64,000 nucleotides of DNA from Octopus sinensis (lineage: Eukaryota): NCBI RefSeq assembly GCF_006345805.1, contig NC_042998.1, positions 51,708,001 through 51,772,000 of the forward strand. Reading direction: 5' to 3'. Below are positions 1 through 12,560 of the stretch, piece after piece. A program made the position numbers and the translations under genes. Numbering within the stretch: the first letter of the stretch is position 1; every line of letters starts with the position of its first letter. Below the pieces are notes generated by a model. It was not told the DNA's origin and did not search any database. It saw only the letters and a program-made list of their open reading frames with translations.

Positions 1-927
1 CAGGGCTAGCTTTCACAGCTGCTGTAGACCTGTAGTATGAAAATAAGATGTGGAAGGCAGGTGGTCTGGAAAATAGATGTTAGGCTTGTTAATGGTCAAT
101 GAAAGAAGCCAGTTTTGTAGTTTCCTACATCAAAAATAATTTTCTCCCCATTTAAGTTTGATGAGTTCTTTCTTCAACTCTCAACCCAAGCAAAACACAC
201 ACACAAAAGATTGTAATGGGAAGGGAATATAATATGAACTAAAATCACCAACAATACACACGCACACACACACACGTGCACATTTAGAAGATAATTTGTC
301 AACCTCAATATTTGCAAATACTTTTATTGCACTTATCGCACACACACCCTTTTTTAAGTTGAACATTAATGATTGCTTATTGCAAAAATAAGAGTAATTT
401 AAATTATAATAAGCTCAACCAAGAATAATAACTACAAAATGCATATGTTGTTGTTTAGCCTCAGGTTAACAATGACTGTGAAGACATATCATAGATTATT
501 CCAACAAAGGTCATCTCTCATGTATTTTCCAGTATCTAGAATTTCATTGTTTAACTCATTTGATACCAACTTAGCTGAGATGGCTGGCCCTGGGTCCATA
601 ACATACTTGTCAGAAAGTGATCTAAACTTTCTACTATAGGCACAAGGCCTGAAAATTTAAAAAGGGTGGTGCTATTCAATTACAGCAACCTCCATACCTA
701 ACTGGTACTTACTTTATTGACCCTGAACAGATTAAAGGAGAAATTGACCTAGGTGGACAAAATGAAGCTAATCATTTTGTTTGGTATACTAAAGGTTTGG
801 TCAGCTCACCACCTTTAACACCAGTTTATTTTACATAATTCATTATTTTCAAAATTACTGGACACAACAGCAGTATAAAGTAATGTTTATTGCCACTTCA
901 ACATAGTTTTTTCATAGGAACTATTGC

Positions 928-1101
928 TTTTAGCCCCAGGAGGATGCCTCCTCTAGCTGGTATCAATGCAATTTGCACCCAATATTATACTGCAAGCAGA
1001 GGAGCATGGAAGATGGAGGGGGTTTGCTTCCTGCTTGCAATATATACTGGGTGGAAATTGCGTTGATAACCAGCTGGGGAGGCATCCTCTTGGGGTTAAA
1101 A
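928..1101. mobile_element. Fold-back MITE/hairpin with CCCC...GGGG ends in TTAA-like sites
   Basis: Arms 928-1006 and 1025-1101 are imperfect reverse complements (ttttagccccaggaggatgcctcc... / ...ggaggcatcctcttggggttaaaa); 18-nt loop. Confidence 0.75.
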
Positions 1102-2395
1102 ACGGTAATGTTGGTTCCTTGAAGTGGTGATCAACATTACTTCTCAGTATAGTTACTACTGTCATCTCTTATAGAGATTTTCTAAGCAGCTACTTTTTCT
1201 TAATGGTAGTGTATTTCAACAGAAATATGGTAACAAAAGGGTTAATGTGACCTTTCTTAAAAATGTGTGTGGATACTCTTAAAGATCTGAGTGGGTCATC
1301 AGCCATCTCTAGCAGGTCAAGCAGGACTTTGGCTTGTAAAATTGTTGAAATAGAATGGCTAAGGCTATAACTGAAGGAAATTAGAACTATTAGAAAAATA
1401 AGTAGTGATGGGACGCAACATAAAACATTGCAAGAGAAACAATGAGAGATTTCAATGTATTAAAGTATTTAGATTTGATTTAGTTTTAATATGAGATGAG
1501 GATTATTTAGACATTGATTATGCTATCAACAAGGTTTCCCAAAGCATTTTTGTAGTCAATTTATCAGCTGATGTGACTACTTTTCATACAATTAGAGTAC
1601 ACTGCAAAAGACTAACAGCCACTGATTACAATACATTCAATGGACAAAAATCTTTACAATAGTCTTTAATTAAGTGTCTAGACATCAGTACTGAAGTCAG
1701 TAAATAAGAAAAAGAAAAATTTTTTTAAATACTTAGGCCACAAACATGTCACTAAAAACAATTGTCATGGGAAATGTGATCACAATATAATATTTATAAC
1801 AAACCACAAATTATATTATTTACATAAAGGTATGACTGATGAAAAAGCCATTTCTTGAAGACATCAGACATTACTAAAACCACTAAAATAAACCAAGGGG
1901 AAAATGTTATGTAATTAAGTTATATTAAAATTTTGCTTCAATCCGTGTCCAACACAAAAGAAGAATATTCAATAAGCAATGGAACATTTAAGTAATGGCT
2001 TTTTCCTTTTTTTTTTTTTTTTTTTTGAATTCTTTAGAAGCTTATAAGAAAAGCAACATTACTTTCCAAAGGAAATTTACTGTGATGGAAAGTAGTTTCT
2101 TTGACAAATAACTTTTGTCTGATATAGTTAATGTCAAAGTATCTATCCCAAGAGAAGTAACACATTTGATCAGCATTTTTATTAAAAGTCAAATAAAATA
2201 CTTCTAGAGAATAATTTAAAATTTGTATTAATGTATCATTTTTTTGCCGTTTCATTATTCATTGGTACCAAAACAGCCTGTACACTTTCAAGAAAAATAC
2301 AACAGTATGCCTTATCTACTCCTGAACAACTCAACTAAAATCCTGACAACCTCTAAAAATATTTGACCTCAGAATCTCTGATCAGGTAACTATAT

Positions 2396-2527
2396 CAGTG
2401 TTTCTCAACCTTTTTACCCTTGCCTAACCCTTAAAATAAATTACATTTCAAGAAATCCCTGCACAAAAAAAATCATCATATACCATATCTTCCTCATTTT
2501 TTCATCGTAGTTCACATGGTAAATGTC

Positions 2528-2571
<44 letters not shown>

Positions 2572-2668
2572 GATCATGAAATTAGCATGTCCCTTTTTCG
2601 CAGAATCCCTAGAAACCTTATGCTGAACCCTAGGGCTCTGAGAAACAAACCCCAGCTGAGAAACACTG
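2396..2668. mobile_element. hAT (Charlie/MER5-like) MITE with internal (TA)n
   Basis: TIRs CAGTGTTTCTCA... / ...TGAGAAACACTG; no clean 8-bp TSD retained. Confidence 0.65.
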
Positions 2669-2829
2669 CTCTAACACCCCTAAAACAGTCATTTAGAACC
2701 AGAAACTACAACAGCCTAGTCATTACATTAGAATACCACTTATGTCTGCAACTAGGCAACCAAATATGAAAATATTTCAGAAACTCTCGTAAAAAAATAA
2801 AGAAAGTCACATGACAGATTGCTATCTGG

Positions 2830-3020
2830 GCACTCAGACACTAGCAACTGTGCATTTCCGCTGATGCCAGAACAATGCATGTTCTTTTGGATTATTTCCA
2901 TTCAATTCATTCACCCTTGCTTTTTGCATTTCTATTATGTATCACACCACACTAAACAATTCACTCAAACCTTTATACCAAGAACTTTGACATATGGAAC
3001 ACCGTCCTGGTCCAGAAATT
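2830..3020 (-). mobile_element. Degenerate RTE LINE RT C-terminal fragment
   Basis: Minus-strand remnants resemble the RLRWxGHV...KK region seen in the better-preserved RTE at 52330-52470; multiple stops. Confidence 0.4.
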
Positions 3021-3859
3021 TAAGCTGATTATCAATTACATCAGCCTTATCAGTATGAGATGGCTTCCATAAGCTATAGTTAACTATATAATTTTAAAGA
3101 GACACACATAATTGCAAATAGTGAATAAGTTACCATCATCAACATAATTTAATGCCCACTTTTCATGCTGGTGTGGATTGGATGGTTTGACAGAAGCTGG
3201 CATACTGGAGGACTGTGTCAAACTCTACAGTCTGTTTTGGCATAGTTTCTACAGCTGAATGCCTTTCCTTATGCCAACCACTAAAAAGTTTAAAATATTT
3301 TAAAATCTATATTATCTGTTAACCATGCAAAAATAGCTCACGGTATCTTGGGTAAAAATGAATTTAAATTTCTCATTTTTTGAAAATTGAAGACAATTTC
3401 AAAAATTAACCAACTACTCTGAAGTTAATCTTTTACCAAAAGTGAAACTAAAATTTTATATGTATCTGGCAAATCAAAACTAGAGAAAACAATCTATAGC
3501 CACTTGTTACACACACACTGTAAGGTTTTCAATTTCAAAAAGATCTGCATATTTCTATTTTGAAAAAAATCAACAATCTGAAAACTTTTTAGGATAATAA
3601 CAGCAAAATTGATTATCATCATCATTGCTATTATTGGTATAGTGAACTTTTTATTTTTAGAATAACTTTCATGTTAATCTAAAAGCCCATGTTAGATAAG
3701 AAAATAAGATTTCAATTAAATGTGAACACCTTGCAAAATGGATTTCAGATATTTTTGTTCAAAAGGTTAACCATTTAAATGAAAATGTGAGAGAGAGGGT
3801 GGGGGCACTACCAGACCCATGCTATCAAGCTGTTCTAGATAAAAAGTGATTGTAATTAA

Positions 3860-4078
3860 CCTTTCAGCAATTTAAACAAGCCATATCTGGGCCCAACTAT
3901 TTTTACTGTTCTTTGTTTAAATCAGATAGATCTAGCCTCTCACACCTACCCTACAATGTCATTCTAAAAATAATCATATCACTGAAATCCTGGTGCTTAT
4001 GAGTCAATGCATGATTAATTCAAAACAATGTGAATAAATAAACAATACATTTAACAGAATGAGCTGAGTGCTAAAGGG
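3860..4078 (+). mobile_element. piggyBac-like TTAA MITE (family M1), orientation A
   Basis: ttaa|CCTTTCAGC...GCTAAAGGG|ttca; shares internal sequence with the other M1 copies. Confidence 0.75.
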
Positions 4079-4672
4079 TTCACTTTTACTACAAGCAAAT
4101 ATTTCATCATAAATTAATGTTAGAGGAGCCATCTCTAGTTCTAACAACAAATTGTTGTACAAATAAAGTTATTTTATTCAAATCATTCCAAATACTTAAT
4201 TTTCCCCAAACTTTATTTATTTGAAATATCATCCTGAAAACATTAACATAAGTATCTTGGATATCTTCAACGACTTCTTTTTTTTTTCTTAAATCACTGA
4301 TTTTCAAGCATTCGAGTAGAACTTTCCAAACCAAAATTAACAGTCAAAAATGGTAGGTTGACTTACACATCCATATAGATTGCAGCAGGATTCAAAAAGA
4401 CAGTGACAATGTTTGAATGTTTACATTATATACTATGTCAACTTGTATGTAGGAAAATACAATACAAACTGTTCCCAAAAGAGTCCTAATCATTTCAAAA
4501 CAAAAACAGTGGACTAAGTTATTAAGGTTGAAGAACATTATTATTACTCATGTATCCAAATGGTTTCATCCATTTCCAAACACTTACCACAAGAGTTCAA
4601 TCCTAAACTGAAATTTAACCACAACACATTAAGCCGAAGCTGTTTTTCTTTCACGTTATATTAACATGACAT

Positions 4673-5026
4673 AGGCAGAGTGGTTTAGAAGCTTACTTCA
4701 TAATGGTCTTGGGCTCAGTGACTGTGCAGTATGTTGAGTAAGTGTCTTCTACTATAGCTCAGGGCTGACCAAAACATTAATAGTGGATTTGGCAGACGGA
4801 AACCGAAAGAAGCCTATTGTTAAATTTACGTATGCATTTGTCACCCACCACTGATTTACAACCAGCATTGGTGACCTAACTGTAACTTAGCAGTTTGGCA
4901 AAAGAGACTGATAGGGTAAGTACCAAGCTTTTAAAAAACAAGTACTAGGGTCAATTTGTTTGACTAAACCCTTCAAGGTAGCACTCTAGCATGGTCACAG
5001 TGCACAAACTGAAACAAGTAAAAAGG
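4673..5026 (+). mobile_element. SINE family A copy (CpG-decayed)
   Basis: Homologous to the intact copies at 48013-48420 and 53892-54333 (core gcaagtgtcttctactatagc, tail gaaacaagtaaaa). Confidence 0.75.
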
Positions 5027-5856
5027 AAAAAAACAAAAAAAAAACCAGAAAATGTCATTTCTAATGATTTAGGATTTATTAAATGGAATTCAATAGCAAA
5101 TCTTTATGACAATCTGAAAAACACACTGCTTTAGTCAGTAAAATAACTAGTTTTAAAATTTCAATTTCATCAAAATTAATTTTGAACAAGATAAAATTCA
5201 TAATTTGCAACAATTTTTGAAGTAATATGTTTGAACTGAGTTAAAGAACACTAGTTTCGCTGATTTTAACTAGTATATGAAAATTCCAAATTCATAAGTG
5301 TTAGAACACCTAAAAACTTGTACAAGGTACAAACACACAAACACTCACACACACAGACAGGAAATACAACTATGAAACTTGAATAGTTGGGAAACTTCTC
5401 TGGTACATAGCTATTTCACATTTACTTAAAATGACAATGTAATTATCAAATCTAGAATGCTATACACTAATTAACTTGCCATAAGCTACAGGAGGTATGC
5501 TTTGACTCAGCATTCAGGGTCTACCACCTTTGTTAGTCAGCAACAAGCAAGATAAGGACATTTACCAGTCCAATGTTTTGTTGTCACACCAGTCATGATT
5601 TTCTTAGCTCATCATACAAATGTCAACTGTTCCTTGCAGACAAGGCTGTCACATTATCTAACAGCTCAAAATGAATTACTTTTCCACTTTAAGTAGTTGC
5701 TTTTCGCATTACAAACTTTTTTCCTAATTTTAAAAACCATCTTTATCACTTAAATTAAAGTGCCTCTGATCCTGGTTTAATATTTGCTAATACCAAGAAA
5801 AACAAATAAAGTCACGAGAGATGTTAACAAGCCAATTCGTTAGTTATATATTCTAA

Positions 5857-6051
5857 CCCTTTAGCATTTGAACTGGCCATATCTGGCAACATATTCTACA
5901 TGTTTTATGTTCAAAACAACCAGATCCAGTCTTTCTAAAAATAAACAATTACATCATTGAAATCTTCAAGCTACAAGATAATGCATGATTAATTCAAAAC
6001 AATGTGAATAAATAAATATTACGTTTGACATAATAATCTGATGCTAAAGGG
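5857..6051 (+). mobile_element. piggyBac-like TTAA MITE M1, orientation A
   Basis: ctaa|CCCTTTAGCATT...ATGCTAAAGGG|ttaa. Confidence 0.8.
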
Positions 6052-6893
6052 TTAATATATGAAACCCCCAAAATACAAAAGCCCTAATTGCCTTCCCGAA
6101 TTTAATGGTATGCCAGAATTGCTTTACTGCTTCCTATGAGTCAGACTGCCAAGAAGCTATCCTATGCTTCACATAAATGTAGAAGTGTCTCTTGCTGCTT
6201 TGCTTCTATTGCATTACACAAAAAAGAACAAGAACTCGTAATTCGTTTAAGCTATTACTTTTCTCGACAGCTTAGATAGTGCTATTACCAATATACTAAT
6301 TAATATTCATATTTCAGTATTTCACAACATGGGTTGGGTAGTTTTCTAAAGCTGATTATTTTTCATGACTTGAGAAAGCTAAGTATTTTTAGAGGTGAAC
6401 ATGCTAAAACAACAGTGTGGATTGGTAACAACTTACTATCTTTCAGCTGATTTGCAATATCACCAAGTGGAACAAGAAAAATCCAATAGAAGAAACGAAA
6501 AAAAAAACTGAACTCCCGATTGTGCGCTTTGACTCTAATTAATTTGAATTGCCTCTTCAAAGAAGGGATTCTACATCCAAAGCATTCCTAGTAAACAAAT
6601 GAATACAAATAAAATCTATCTTATTGATGAAGGATATTTCCAATGTAGTAACCATGAAAATGACTTCAACAAAGCTTCAAGTACAACAGATTGCAGTAAG
6701 ATTTAACAAGACAAGTAGATGAACAAAACAGGATTCACATCAATATAAGCATATATATGGAATTTTAATATTGATTTATTTTACTACACTGATTCACTGA
6801 TTAAATAACTAAAAGTGTCATTCAAATAATTATTATAATAGCTATAAGACAAAATGTTACTAAACATATTTGAAAATCTTAAAATATTCACAA

Positions 6894-7280
6894 ACTAGCA
6901 GTATCGCCCGGCGTTGCTCAGGTTTGTAAGGGAAATAACTATAAAGCATTTTCAGAGAGTTATAGCCAAAAAATAGCAAAAAAATGGAAAAAAATTATGG
7001 CAAATTTTTTTTTGAGAGTTAAAAAAGGATAAAGTTGCGTCCCCTAGACAGTTTGTGGTTCGTGTTTCTGATTATCGACCCCATGTCGAATTTATCGATT
7101 TTTTTCAGAACTGGGGGAACTTTTCAAAATTTTCGCTGCGTTAGTTTTGAATTATGACATTGGGCTATGTGTGTGTCAAGTTTCATCAGAATCGGTTGAA
7201 AGCCGTGGTCAGGGTGAGGGTACAAGCAAACAGACACACAGAAACACGCACAGACAAACTGCCGTTTATATAGAGAGAGA
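6894..7280. mobile_element. Non-autonomous Helitron-like (Lep1/HINE-type) element
   Basis: Begins ACTAGCAGTATCGCCCGGCGTTGC; contains caagtttcatcagaatcggttg and an (ACAG/AC) microsatellite; ends in tttatatag. This is the typical layout of these rolling-circle derivatives. Confidence 0.65.
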
Positions 7281-7397
7281 TTTTTACGAAGCATTGCAAA
7301 TGTTTGTGTAAATGACTTATTTAGGAACACAGAGAAAGAAAAAACAAAAGCTTAAATCAAGACAATAGTGATTCAATAGCTAACCATTCAGTTATCA

Positions 7398-7775
7398 TCA
7401 TCATCATCATTTAGTGTCCGCTTTCCATGCTAGCATGGGTTGGACGGTTCAACTGGGGTCTGGGAAGCCAGAAGGCTGCACCAGGCCCAGTCTGATCTGG
7501 CAGTGTTTCTACGGCTGGATGCCCTTCCTAACGCCAACCACTCCATGAGTGTAGTGGGTGCTTTTTACGTGCCACCCACACTGGTGCCAGACGGGGCTGG
7601 CAAACGGCCATGGATGGGTGGTGCTTTTTACGTGCCACCAGCATGGGGGCCAGGCAAGGCTGGCAATGGCCACGATCAGATGGTGCTTTTTACGTGCCAC
7701 GGGCACGGAGGCCAGTCAGGGCAGCGCTGGCAACGGACACGGTCGGGTGGTGCCTTTTACATGTCACCAGCACTG
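7398..7775 (-). mobile_element. RTE LINE 3'UTR copy with four ~63-66-bp internal repeats and (GAT)n tail
   Basis: Reverse complement of the 3'UTR that is contiguous with the RT at 52590-52900; repeated GTGCTTTTTACGTGCC at ~7559, 7621, 7684, 7750. Shorter copies at ~3135-3285(-), 9095-9285(+), 12022-12200(-), 17425-17545(-), 39005-39305(+), 45900-46085(-), 50948-51125(-). Confidence 0.75.
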
Positions 7776-7799
7776 AACTGAATCTAGAACCATATTTAT

Positions 7800-8100
7800 G
7801 TAGGGCACTCCGGCTGTGGTGCTGAGTGTTCCAGTTGATTTGATCAACAGAACAACCTGCTTGTGAAATTAATGTACAAGTGGCTAGGCACTCAACAGAC
7901 ATGTACCCTAGTATAGTTCTCAGAGATTCAGCATGAGAAACTGAATGTGACAAGGCTGGCCCATTATTGAACTACAGATACAACTCATTTTTGCCAGCTG
8001 AGGAAACTGAAGTAACATGGAATAAATTGTCTCGCTCAAAGACAAATCAAATTCACAACCTCATGATCAGGAGCCAAATACACTAACCATTAATCCATGC
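7800..8100 (-). mobile_element. tRNA-headed SINE (family C-related), degraded
   Basis: Reverse complement of the aaataaagtgtcttgctcaag / cactaaccact head region seen in 61295-61632 and 63076-63384. Confidence 0.55.
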
Positions 8101-8169
8101 ACATTCACATATATATCCACACATTATATATATAGAGAGAGAGATAGATATGTAAGTATATGACTTTAA

Positions 8170-8370
8170 CCCTTTAGCTTTCAAATTATAGTCTATCAAA
8201 TGTAATATTTATTCACTACTTTGAATTAATCAAGAATTATATAATGGCAAGATTTCAATATGACTATTTTTAAAACATTACGTATGTGTGCGAAGCAGGA
8301 TCTGATCAAGTTTGAACATAAAATGGGTAGAATATTTGGGCCAAATATAGCCAGTTTAAATGCTAAAAGG
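8170..8370 (-). mobile_element. piggyBac-like TTAA MITE M1, orientation B
   Basis: ttaa|CCCTTTAGC...ATGCTAAAAGG|ttaa; interior inverted relative to 5857-6051. Confidence 0.8.
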
Positions 8371-10439
8371 TTAAAATACTAATCTGTCCTCAGTTATTTA
8401 GAGAATCTCAGGAAAACAACTGCATCACAGATGAGCTTATCCCTTTGACCTCAAGAGTGCATGACTAAATGAACAAAGATGTCTTCTGAGCAAGAGTTGT
8501 AAAAGAGAACCAATCCAATAACAGTGATGAACTTTGGAGGCGGATACAAGTTTTCAAGTGCAAAAAATAAAAATTGCAGTCAAAATATTTCCAGTAAAAT
8601 CTTCAGCTCTCACTGGCCATGCTTCACAATTAGGAGACGCAAACTTTAGTGGATACATCAATCGCCATCCTAAAAGGAAAGTGATTATGAAGATGACAAT
8701 GCGGTATGTTCATTGTTGATGTGGCGAACACCGTGTTTTACCTTGGTCTCGGGCAGTGAAGGGATCACTAAGACAGACGACTGACAAAATGTCAGAGGAT
8801 ACAATTAATATCTTAATCAGGATTGTAATGCCAACATGTGACACATACAGTGAGGCATTCAACAACTGATTGAACATCCATTTAACTTATGGCGAATTAT
8901 TACATGGTCATCTGCACTTCAAACCAGTCAAAATACTTTTCATATTTCTCATTCTTTTATCTTGTCATTTCCCAGCATAACGTTGCCCCACTGAAGGTTA
9001 GCAGTCTTGCAAATTGCATGGTGGTCTCACTAGTGAAAATGGTACAAAGAAAAAAAAAAAAAAAGGATCCAATAAGCACTGTGAATTGGTTGGCATTAAA
9101 GAAGGGCATCCAACCATAGAAACCAAGCTAAAGAAGACCCTGGAGTATGCAGTCCTTGAGTCCCTGGATCTTGTCAAACCATACCAAAACAAATGGAGTC
9201 TGGGTAGCCCTGTCAAGCCGGCCAACTGCCAAACTGTCCAACCCATATTTGCATGGAGAATGAACGTTAAAAGATGATACTGATCACACATATATACACA
9301 TTTTTTCAGCAGAAGTTACATACATCACACTTATCAAATGAAATGTTCAATCTCTAAGTCAGTATCTTCTGTCAAAAAAAAAAAAAAAAACTGCTCATGT
9401 TTGCAAACTCTTTACCTTGTTTGCACAACAAACCTGTTTATTTAATAAGTGTATGCATGTACACACAAGTATGTACACATTTATACACCAAATTAATCAT
9501 TTGCATATGTACACAAACACGTTAAACAGTGGAAGCTGCTCATAATCATTAGTAATATTATCAAGTAGTTGTTGCTATCAAAATTAGCTTTACAAATTTT
9601 AAAATGAACTATCAGCCAGTAATTATTAACAAAAAGGCTTCGTCAACATTATCACAATAAATGGCTTCCAATGTATATGTACACAGATCTGCAGTGGAAG
9701 CTATTTATGATGGTGTGCATGCACACACACTATATATATATATACACACACACATATAATGTACATACATAAACCTGTATGTATATTTCTATATACATAT
9801 TACACGTACACATATAAAAGTTATAAGGAATATATACATGTGATTAAGAAATGTGCTTCCTAACCACATGGTTTTGAGTTCAATCTTCCTGTATGGCACC
9901 ATGGGTGTCTATTACTATAATGCCAGGTTACACAAGAACAAGTAGTGAATTTGGCACATTATGCACACACATATGGTGAGTGTTGTCCTACAATGCTTTG
10001 CCATATGGCATATGTTTTGATATGGTAGTTGCATATGAGTGCATGGTATCAAAGCTGTATAAATGTAGGTTTTTTTTCTTGTGAAGCATGCAGTATAATG
10101 TAGGACAAGTATAACCTTATGAGCATTGAAAACGGTTACATTCTTGCGTACTTGGGAAGTGTTGCCAAATTAGAGAACTAATCTCGAGTTATATTCGAAA
10201 TATCTACTTTGAATGGAAGATTGAACCAAGTTATTTTTCTCTTCTGAACTATCTTTTGTGGGTAAGGGATCCTCCATATACATTAATTTGTTAAAAATCA
10301 CTGTTCTAATGGTTCTTTATAACAGGGTCCATGTCTACAGAAGAAATCTCTTTCCTATATGAATATAGGTTAGAGAGTTTTCTACAATGTTTTATAGTAG
10401 TGAATAGTAAGAATTCCTGTGAGTACATGTGTAAATACA

Positions 10440-10676
10440 TTATGTGACAGCATGTGTATCGTTGGCGATTTTTTCCCCTCCGTCTTCCCTTCCTTGGATC
10501 TTTCCATTTGCTATGTTTCTGATGAAGAGCTCCGCTCGAAACATTAAATCCTCTTTCTTTCCTTTCCCGAGTGTCCAATATCCTTCTTTCTTTCCTTTCT
10601 TGAGCATCCAATAACACTATACTTGTTCCATGTCCTCGCGTTGTTGTGCTTTCTCTTTGTGTTTTCATGTTTGGAT

Positions 10677-10680
<4 letters not shown>
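10440..10680 (+). mobile_element. Penelope-like element 3' tail/pseudo-LTR fragment
   Basis: Pyrimidine-rich tail ending in (TA)n and carrying a CTGATGA-stem-GAAAC motif typical of PLE pLTRs; no RT or GIY-YIG ORF recognisable. Confidence 0.5.
10515..10549 (+). ncRNA. Minimal type I hammerhead ribozyme motif (decayed), family H2
   Basis: GTTT-CTGATGA-A-GAGC(tcc)GCTC-GAAAC-ATT-AAAT. Core boxes, 4-bp stem II and stem I (GUUU/AAAU) are present; the ACGU stem-III palindrome reads ACAU (CpG decay). Confidence 0.55.
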
Positions 10681-10726
<46 letters not shown>

Positions 10727-10788
10727 ATACTTACATACATAGAGTCATCTCAGACTTTCTGTATGGTATTTGCCATTTGCCTATGCAA

Positions 10789-10958
10789 CCCTTTAGCATT
10801 CAGGTTATTTTGTCATATGTAATACTTATTCATAGTGTTTCGAATTGATCATGCATTATCTTGTAGTTTCAAATTTTGATTGTGTGATTGTTTATTTTTA
10901 GAACGACATTGTAGGATAGGTGTGAGAAGCCTGATCTGACTGGTTTAGTACTAAAGGG
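10789..10958 (-). mobile_element. piggyBac-like TTAA MITE M1, orientation B, internally deleted
   Basis: CCCTTTAGCATTCAGG...CTAAAGGG|ttaa. Confidence 0.75.
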
Positions 10959-11542
10959 TTAAAGTCTAATGTCCCAAAAACTGTATTTACAGTGCTGATG
11001 TCAAATTCCCTTAAGATTCTTATAAAGTTCTTAAATTCATTCACACTGCGGCTATTTATGTTACTTCAAATTATTGACACGTCATGCCTCTGCTAAGCCT
11101 GGGTTGTGGGGGAAATGTATGCTTCCTAAGAATATCTAACATAAATAATCCAATGAAATTGGCTAACTCCATTGTATTTCTTGTGGGGATAGCAATGTTG
11201 TTGCTTTCCTTTTTAATCCCGGAATCATCATTGCACAAGAATAACTTCTTAACATTCATAATTATTCCAAAAGCTGAGTGATCTTAATATAGAACAGCTA
11301 AAGTGTACAAAATTATACCAGGTAAATTTGCAAGGCTGCCATATTCTGAACACTGCAAAACCAGTCAATAGCAGTGAGCCTTAAGTTCCATTGACCTAAT
11401 CCAGTACCTCTTGGTATCAGACCTGACAGCATCAAGGATGTGCTTCTTGTGCCCATTTTAGGAAGAATTAATTAGCTTGCATTAAGGGTTGGAAAGTAAA
11501 TTTGATATGGAAGAAGCAGCTTGGCAATGCAATCCCACACTA

Positions 11543-11762
11543 TCTTTAGCATTCAGATTTCTCTGTCAAATGTAATGCTTGTTTATTCATATTGCTTTGG
11601 ATTAATCATGAAATACTTCGTAGCTTTGAGATTTCAATTTTGTGAGTATGCTTAGAATAATTATAGTAGGATAACTGTGTGGTGGGGTGCATATCTGGCT
11701 GGTTTGAACATAAAACAGGTAGATTATTTAGGCTGGATATGACCAATTTAAATGCTAAAGGG
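11543..11762 (-). mobile_element. piggyBac-like TTAA MITE M1, orientation B
   Basis: TCTTTAGCATTCAGATT...AATGCTAAAGGG|ttaa. Confidence 0.75.
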
Positions 11763-12329
11763 TTAAACAGCAAGTTTCCTTCACTTTTATATTTGCTTCA
11801 CATGTTATTTCTTGCACATGTACTAGTGAAGATGTTAGTTGTGTATAGCAGGACTTGCCTTATGTCTTTGTTTTATCACCAAAATGTGCACTTTCAATGA
11901 GTGTTTGAAAGAAAGATCTATAAAGTGTGTAACTGGAAAGATTTCAACTTCATTCCTACTGCCAAGAATGGGGCTAACTGCGGTCATTAGCTGTGAATAC
12001 CAACCATTACCTATACTTCCATATCATCATCATTAAACATCCATTGTCCATGCTAGCATGGGTTGGGTGGTTTGAGAAGAGCTTGCAAGCTTGTGGGGTG
12101 GGGATACTGCACCAGACTCCAGTCTGATTTGGCATGGTTTCTACAGCTGGATGCCCTTCTTATCACCAACCATTTTACAGAGTGTGCTGGATGCTTTTAA
12201 AACAAGTTAACAAGAATCCAAATGATTGAAAGTTTCTCTCACTTTCATGTAACCTCAAATAATGCAATTTTGAAAAACTATTAATACAAAATACTAACTT
12301 TTACTCAGTACTCCCCCAATCTTTCCAAA

Positions 12330-12560
12330 CTTGTCTTTAGCTTTTACACTATCTTCTGTACTATTCCACAACCATATTATCTTCCAAATAGTTGGGATCT
12401 TTCAGATCTTGTCCAAGTCTTGTTACTTATTGAATGCCAATTACTTCATCCATTTCTCTGCCAATAACATACCTACTCCACCAAACCCAATGCTATCCAG
12501 AAGAATTTGTACCTGTTGAGAGGTTGACTTAGATGGTCAGGTTTCCACTTGACCATACCA
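12330..12560 (-). mobile_element. RTE LINE APE endonuclease fragment
   Basis: Minus strand gives ...GFGGVGMLLAEKWM..., the GGVGxLLAEKW motif of RTE APE domains; flanking frames contain stops. Confidence 0.65.

Noticed and set aside
1240-1370. Good minus-strand acceptor followed by an open frame YSLSHSISTILQAKVLLDLLEMADD...
   Set aside because: No ELL motif (no DWP), weak donor, and the frame runs into a repeat end.
7440-7953. Overlapping ORFs of 65-113 aa, and similar ORFs in SINE A copies such as 48198-48431 and 53864-54163
   Set aside because: Fall wholly within multi-copy SINE or LINE-3'UTR sequence; GC-richer repeats give spurious ORFs.
8400-8900. LGDANFSGYINRHP... as an RTE APE (GDFN) fragment
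   Set aside because: Single weak motif with no supporting neighbours; cannot be supported by eye.
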